From an uncultured Acidobacteriota bacterium (GTDB lineage Bacteria; Acidobacteriota; Thermoanaerobaculia; Multivoradales; JAHEKO01), in contig CAVQNG010000003.1 in NCBI GenBank assembly GCA_963713825.1, positions 192,001-256,000 on the forward strand: DNA of 64,000 nucleotides. The letters are read 5' to 3'. How positions within the stretch are numbered: position 1 is the first letter of the stretch; each line of letters begins with the position of its first letter. The notes under the pieces were generated by a model. The model made no database searches and had not been told where the DNA came from. It was given only the letters and a program-made list of their open reading frames with translations. This document shows, piece after piece, positions 58,733 to 64,000 of this stretch. A program made the position numbers and the translations under genes.

Positions 58733-60118
58733 TCAAACGGTGCAGGCCGACCGGATCGCCTTGAACTTGCCGGAAGGTTCGAGGGGGATGTCGTCGACCC
58801 GCTCGATGGTGAGGGAGACTTCGTCCCCGGTCCCAAGCACCGCACGCAGGGTGCGGTCCAGGTAGCGCTCTGTCTCGGCCCACTCGACATCCCTGCGGCT
58901 GACAACCCGCAGAACGAACTCCTGCATCGCCAACTGCTCCAATTGCAGGAGAAGCAGCCCGGGGGCATCGTAGAGCTGCGACAGAATCACCGATTCATGC
59001 GCCAGCTCACCTCCCGGTCGCAGGATCAGATCTTCGGACCTCCCGTCCAGAGTCTCGATCGTCGGCAGGGTTCGACCACAAGGGCAGGGCTCCGTCGCCA
59101 GGGTCACCCGGTCGCCCAGTTGGTAGTTCAGCAGCACGGTCGCGTGATTGGTCAGGTTCGAGATCACCAGATTCCCAGAAACACCTGGCACTACGTCCCG
59201 GCCATCACTGTCCACGACTCTCACCGCCACCTGGTCGAGGCTGATATGGAACCCCTTGCCTTCCTCGCACTGAAACGCGATGTTCAGCGCCTCGCAGGCC
59301 TGAAAGGCAGAGAGGACCGTGATCCCGTAGCGCTCTTCGAGGAGACGCTTCTCGGGTGGTGGCAGCGTGTCTCCCCCATACTGGACGACCTTGGGCGGGA
59401 ACACTTCGAGGTTGTTCTCTGACGCGAACCGAAATACCGCCCCGATGTAGGCCCCGAAACCAATGATGACCTCGGGCCTGAAATCGTTGATCACCTCGAT
59501 GTTCTTCGCGAAGGAATCGGCCGGCGAGATGGACTCCCGATTCAAGTCGAACCTCTGAGGAGTCCAGGCCCGATCTCGGTAGAAATCGCGGATCACCGGG
59601 AAGGTGCCACCCTCCCGCGCCACGGCGAGCTCCCGATAGCTGCCTGTCTTGCCGAGCACTCGGGCAATGACCTGCCGCTTCCGCAGCCCCGCCGCCCTCG
59701 CCTGAAAGAGGGCTGCCGAGTCGAAGAAGATCCGCTTGAACTGCCCGGTGGTGCCGGTCGTGCTCAGCTCCAGGGTGTCGTCTTCCGAGTACTTGCTGGA
59801 CAGGAATCCGTGAGGATCACTCGCAAGATCCTGGCCCGTTATGACAGGCAGCCTCGACAGGTCGTCCGCCGTCTGAAAATCACCTGGCACCAGGCTCAGA
59901 TCGTCGAAGAGACGGCGATAGAAAGGGACTGTCCGGTAGGCGTGCTCGACCATTCCCCGGAACCGCCGATCGCGCATCGCGAGGATCTGGTCTAGCGGCA
60001 GATACGGCAGCTTCGCCTCTCGCCGTGCGTGCCAGAGCGTGTAGGTGTTCCAGTAGAGCTTGGAGATCAGTGCCTGCGGCCCCCCGATGGCACTCGTGAC
60101 TGGTTGGCTCGACACCAC
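58733..60118 (-). CDS. Phenylacetate-CoA ligase/CapK-like adenylate-forming enzyme
   Basis: 'AYRTVPFYR', 'STTGTTG', 'NYQLGD', 'CPCGRTLP', 'GRSED', 'SGKF'. Confidence 0.82.
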   Translation of the reverse strand: MVSSQPVTSAIGGPQALISKLYWNTYTLWHARREAKLPYLPLDQILAMRDRRFRGMVEHAYRTVPFYRRLFDDLSLVPGDFQTADDLSRLPVITGQDLASDPHGFLSSKYSEDDTLELSTTGTTGQFKRIFFDSAALFQARAAGLRKRQVIARVLGKTGSYRELAVAREGGTFPVIRDFYRDRAWTPQRFDLNRESISPADSFAKNIEVINDFRPEVIIGFGAYIGAVFRFASENNLEVFPPKVVQYGGDTLPPPEKRLLEERYGITVLSAFQACEALNIAFQCEEGKGFHISLDQVAVRVVDSDGRDVVPGVSGNLVISNLTNHATVLLNYQLGDRVTLATEPCPCGRTLPTIETLDGRSEDLILRPGGELAHESVILSQLYDAPGLLLLQLEQLAMQEFVLRVVSRRDVEWAETERYLDRTLRAVLGTGDEVSLTIERVDDIPLEPSGKFKAIRSACTV

Positions 60119-60189
60119 GAGGCCTCCTGACTGGGTTTCGAGCCCGTATTGTATTGGAGCCCTCGATCCAACAGAGGTCGCCGTTCGGT

Positions 60190-60978
60190 ATGCTAGCCGC
60201 GATCGAGACGACCGCCATGGATCTGAGACGTTGGAAGGGAGTGCGTTTCGTCAGTCGGGCTCCCACCCGAAGCGGCGAACCTATCCGCCTTCGCGTGGCC
60301 CGGATGACGGTTCCCCACGTCCTCTGGTGGCACTCGCACGTCCAACCCATCATCGATCGGGACCCGGGGCGGACGGATCGGGACTGGAACTGGTTGCTCT
60401 ACGTGCCGTTCGCCACCCTGGCTGGCGGTGTCATGGCGCGTCAACCGGCTGGTTACACTGTCGGGATCTGCGCCGAAGAGGCAGGTCACTTCATCCCCTG
60501 TGCCCTGGTGAAGATCCTGGGGCGATACCCGGCCCTGAACGCACCGAGAAAGAAGAGCGCCTTCGTCTGGTTCATGTCCACAGCACCCGACGAGGCTTTG
60601 CTGACGATCGAAGGCCACCCCTTGTCCGCGGGCCGACTTCCCAAGCGCCTGGGTAGCATCGCACTCGATACGGCGGTTACCCACTCGTTCAACAAGAGAC
60701 ACCTGGGGCGAACGGCTCTCTATGCCGACGAGGATGGAGGTGACGTGCTGCTGGAGTGGTATGAGAGCCGTGGCATGACGGCCTTGCCCGCCGACCAGAG
60801 GCTGCCTCGCAGCCCGAGGCGACTGATCAAGCCGAGCGACGGGCGCTACTGCTACTACACGGTCGACACAGCCCTCGAGGCCAGCCGGAGTCTCGATCCT
60901 CTTCGGTTGAGGGAGGTAAATGCATGCCGACGCCTACTGGAGCCTTTGTGGATGTGGCCGCCCGCTATGGGGAGGTAG
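60190..60978 (+). CDS. Hypothetical protein with divergent GNAT-like fold
   Basis: 'FVWFMSTAP...RLGSIALDTAV..S....HLGRTALYA....LLEWYESRGM' resembles GNAT motifs A/B. The true stop may lie near 60910. Confidence 0.55.
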   Translation: MLAAIETTAMDLRRWKGVRFVSRAPTRSGEPIRLRVARMTVPHVLWWHSHVQPIIDRDPGRTDRDWNWLLYVPFATLAGGVMARQPAGYTVGICAEEAGHFIPCALVKILGRYPALNAPRKKSAFVWFMSTAPDEALLTIEGHPLSAGRLPKRLGSIALDTAVTHSFNKRHLGRTALYADEDGGDVLLEWYESRGMTALPADQRLPRSPRRLIKPSDGRYCYYTVDTALEASRSLDPLRLREVNACRRLLEPLWMWPPAMGR

Positions 60979-61235
60979 ACCCCGCCGACATCGAAGCGGT
61001 CCAGCACTGGTTCAACGAGGTACTGCCGACCCTGCCACCCGAAACCATCGAGGCGATCCTGGAAGAGCTGCTGCAGCACGATGGATCGAGCGACGTCCCT
61101 GCACCTGCGCGCGTCTATCCCAAGGGCGCACCGCTGCCCTCCCTCTCCTCGAGCCCACCAGCCCCCTTCCCTTGGCCCGCTTCCAGCTGGAGAGAGATGC
61201 TGATCCGCCTCACAAGGCGAAACAGGGACTCCTGA
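60924..61235 (+). CDS. Small hypothetical protein co-oriented with the GNAT-like gene
   Basis: GGGAGGT RBS; acidic helical N-terminal half and Pro-rich tail. Confidence 0.65.
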   Translation: MPTPTGAFVDVAARYGEVDPADIEAVQHWFNEVLPTLPPETIEAILEELLQHDGSSDVPAPARVYPKGAPLPSLSSSPPAPFPWPASSWREMLIRLTRRNRDS

Positions 61236-61378
61236 GAATCGCCCGTCAGGCCTCCCTGTCCGGGGGGGGCGCTTGCTCTACGAAAGTGTTCTCGCTCGCT
61301 GGGAAGGTAGGCGACCAGGGGCTCGGAGGCCCCTGATCGCCGGCACGCCTCTAGAGCGTCCTTGCTAATCGAGTTCGA

Positions 61379-62722
61379 CTACTTGCAGACCTTCTTCTTC
61401 GGGTGGCAGAGCCCGGAGAGACAATCGGCACCTGTGGTGCAGGGATCTCCCGGCAGGCCGCTAACGGGCTCGCAGCCCGGAATCAACGGGTCGAGCTCGA
61501 AAAGGCACCGGTAGTCGTCACAAGAATCCACCGTGCAACCATCAAGATCATCGCAGATCGGCAGGTCGAGGTATTCGCACTCTGCCTCGAAGCATCCACC
61601 ACTCCTGCAGAAGGCGTAGTCGCCACACGGAATGCCGTCGGCCTCCGCTAGGTTCAGGCACTCGCCCGAGGTGCAAGAGTCAGCAGTGCAAGGGTTGGAG
61701 TCATCGCACTCGGTATCCACAATGCAGGTCTCCTCTAGCGGGCCTCTCTTCCAGTCAGGTCCAACACCCGATCCCAGAAACTCTGTTCCTCCGCTAGGAA
61801 ACGTGACTCTGGTAAGACCCAGGGGGCTTCCAAAGAGAAGCTGGGAATCATCGGGTGACCAGGTGGGAGACTTTCCTTGCACAATCGACGTGGCGTTTGC
61901 GATGCTTCCCGTTACCTGGAGCAGCCACACCGTGTCGACCTGCTCGGTGGCACTCTCCGAGTAGGTATCCAATGCGAAGACAAGGCTGCCCGCCCTTTGC
62001 CAATCCAGGGCATGAGGCTCCTTGTGCAGTAGTCCGTCGAGAAACTCAGGTGGCCAGGCGATCTGGTAGGAAATCGCAACCCCACTGATTCTCGGCGCGA
62101 TCGTCAGGACATCGATGCCGTACTCGTCCGATTCCAGGAACGCGAGATTCGCACCGTTGGGACTCCAGGTAACACCAGGGCTCAAGCCACCTCCTGCGGA
62201 GGAGTACACGACCTCGGGCTGCTCGACGCCACACAGAAGCCCATCCGCCGGAACAATGACGACGGATTGAACACCAGTGAGATAGTCCTTCCTCATGGCG
62301 GCGATCTCGGTTCCATCCGGCGACCACTGGGGAGTCTCCAGGACCACAAGGCCGTCCGGTCTGCTGCTGCAGAGCAACAACTGCGGGGCTCCGCCTGCTG
62401 TTGCCGTCCTCCAGATAGCCCAGCCCGGGCCTTCGTCACCTTCTTCGTAGACGTAAGTGACCCACCCGCCATCCGGGGAGATTGAAGGGCTGAGCCATGG
62501 ACCACCGGCTCCATCCCCGTATCGCTTTGCGGTACGAAAGACCTCTGTGCGATTCGAACCATCGGCGTCCATCACCATGATGGTTTTGGCTCCAGCCTTG
62601 GCCTCATCAACAAAGACAATCGCAGGGTCGGCGGCCCAGCCGACGGCACAAACGAGGCTCAACACCACACACCAAACAGCACTTCTCGATGCGACTCTCA
62701 TCCCATTCTCCTTTCGGCTCAT
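61379..62722 (-). CDS. Secreted TolB/PD40-like beta-propeller protein with Cys-rich C-terminal repeats
   Basis: Signal peptide, four 'P.(W/I)SP(D/N)'-type blades, 'CDDSNPCTADSC' and 'CDDLDGCTVDSC' repeats. Confidence 0.8.
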   Translation of the reverse strand: MSRKENGMRVASRSAVWCVVLSLVCAVGWAADPAIVFVDEAKAGAKTIMVMDADGSNRTEVFRTAKRYGDGAGGPWLSPSISPDGGWVTYVYEEGDEGPGWAIWRTATAGGAPQLLLCSSRPDGLVVLETPQWSPDGTEIAAMRKDYLTGVQSVVIVPADGLLCGVEQPEVVYSSAGGGLSPGVTWSPNGANLAFLESDEYGIDVLTIAPRISGVAISYQIAWPPEFLDGLLHKEPHALDWQRAGSLVFALDTYSESATEQVDTVWLLQVTGSIANATSIVQGKSPTWSPDDSQLLFGSPLGLTRVTFPSGGTEFLGSGVGPDWKRGPLEETCIVDTECDDSNPCTADSCTSGECLNLAEADGIPCGDYAFCRSGGCFEAECEYLDLPICDDLDGCTVDSCDDYRCLFELDPLIPGCEPVSGLPGDPCTTGADCLSGLCHPKKKVCK

Positions 62723-62849
62723 GACTTCTTTCCTTCATTGCCTGCATTGGATGAGTTCCACGAAGGGAGGAATCGTGACAGGCGAAGTTACGGAGTGAAC
62801 GAAACCAGCCTAGAATGGAGGGTATACGCGAGGAAGTGCCAGAACGGAA

Positions 62850-63407
62850 ATGGCACGGGACGATTCGACAGTCGACGTCGTAGAGCGGATCGAACGCGGG
62901 GAGCGCTCGGCCGAGGAGGAGTTGGTGCGCGGTTTCCAGCGGCCGGTTTTTGCGATGGTCCTGGCCCGAACCGGCGATCCCGAGGCGGCCCGGGACCTGA
63001 CGCAAGAGGTGCTGCTCTCGGTCCTGCGATCGCTGCGCGAGGGAAAGCTCCGCAACCCGCAGGGGTTGCTGGGCTTCATCTGCGGCACGATGCGGAACCG
63101 GGTCAAACATCACTTCCGCTCACTGCATCTCGAAACGGTCGGGGACCTACGCGAAGAGCCCGCTGTGGCCGAGCTGGAACCCGGAAGAGGCCTTCGCCAG
63201 CGCCGAGCGAAGGCGTTGGCGGATCGGCGATCGAGACTCTCGAACCCGATGGACCAGAAGATCCTCCGCTTGACCCTCGTGGAAGGTCTCGCTCCGCGTC
63301 AGATCGGCAAACGACTGGGACTGAGCTCGGAGGTCGTGCGGCAGCGCAAGTCGCGAGCGATACGCAGCGCCCGCGAGATTCTGCGCGACAAGCTGTCACG
63401 AAAGTGA
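62850..63407 (+). CDS. ECF sigma-70 factor (possible compensating indels near 63180-63250)
   Basis: 'AARDLTQEVLL' region 2 and 'IGKRLGLSSEVVRQRKSRA' region 4. Confidence 0.85.
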   Translation: MARDDSTVDVVERIERGERSAEEELVRGFQRPVFAMVLARTGDPEAARDLTQEVLLSVLRSLREGKLRNPQGLLGFICGTMRNRVKHHFRSLHLETVGDLREEPAVAELEPGRGLRQRRAKALADRRSRLSNPMDQKILRLTLVEGLAPRQIGKRLGLSSEVVRQRKSRAIRSAREILRDKLSRK

Positions 63408-63447
63408 TCCTCGTGCTACTCACAGGTGGACAGGCGGGGACAGAACC

Positions 63448-64000
63448 ATGAACTGCACGGAAAGCGACAACAGGGATTGGATTGAGAGATACCTGACGGG
63501 GGCTCTCGCCGAGACTGATCGAGAGCGCCTCGAAGAACATCTCCTCGCCTGCGAGACCTGCCAGGATCAGCTCGAGGAGCTCGCGTTGCTGCGTGCGAGC
63601 CTCGGCGAGGAGCGCTGGTCGGTGGCTGAAGAGCTACGAGGGAGCTGGCTCCAATGGCACTGGTCCTGGGCCGCGGCGGCGGCAGCCATGCTGGTGCTGG
63701 CCGTGACCCTCTGGCCGCGCCTGGCAGATCATCCCGGCAGGGGTGAAGTCGAGATTGCTGGCCTCTCGGCAGTCGACGCCCCGCCCTACGAGCCCAGAAT
63801 CCTGCGCTCGGTGAATGGTGACGGGGAGATCCGCTTCCAGGCGGCGATGCAGGACTATCTCGAGGGCTCGTATGCCGAGGCGATTCCTGGCCTGAAAGAT
63901 GCTGTCGAGCTCGATCCCGAACTGGCCAAGGCCCACTTCTATCTGGGGGCCTGCTATCTCCTGGAAGACGAGCCTGAGAAGGCCATCAACAGTTTGAGCC
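63448..64000 (+). CDS. Zinc-finger (HxxxCxxC) anti-sigma factor with TM helix and periplasmic TPR, 3'-partial
   Basis: Hand translation: 'IERYLTGAL...LEEHLLACETC', TM 'WAAAAAAMLVLAVTLW', TPR 'AHFYLGACYL'. Confidence 0.85.
   Translation, partial: MNCTESDNRDWIERYLTGALAETDRERLEEHLLACETCQDQLEELALLRASLGEERWSVAEELRGSWLQWHWSWAAAAAAMLVLAVTLWPRLADHPGRGEVEIAGLSAVDAPPYEPRILRSVNGDGEIRFQAAMQDYLEGSYAEAIPGLKDAVELDPELAKAHFYLGACYLLEDEPEKAINSLS

Overview
GC-rich bacterial chromosomal segment. Two ADOP-type duplicated permeases, a PadR module, an ECF sigma/zf-HC2 anti-sigma pair and secreted proteins ending in 'F.DGFE.GD.SSW' suggest Acidobacteriota, probably Thermoanaerobaculia-like (inference). It holds about 50 mostly metabolic, envelope or secreted-protein genes, including a DEAD-box helicase, arsC-acr3, FabH, YajQ, an orphan SecA2, heme oxygenase, peptidases, MmuM, MscS and an ABC1 kinase. 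There is also one complete IS481-family element; no rRNA, tRNA or CRISPR was seen. The right half has many single-base indels, most likely consensus errors. Main observations: (1) a modular intergenic repeat family with a fixed order of parts at five loci; (2) a shared C-terminal tag on three secreted proteins, one of them behind a variant c-di-GMP-I riboswitch; (3) a GNAT-fold gene plus small partner that may be a toxin-antitoxin pair; (4) a twice-occurring candidate ECF promoter motif; (5) an IS inserted in the loop of a terminator; (6) a 35-aa membrane peptide gene upstream of heme oxygenase. All calls are by eye; no database searches were run.
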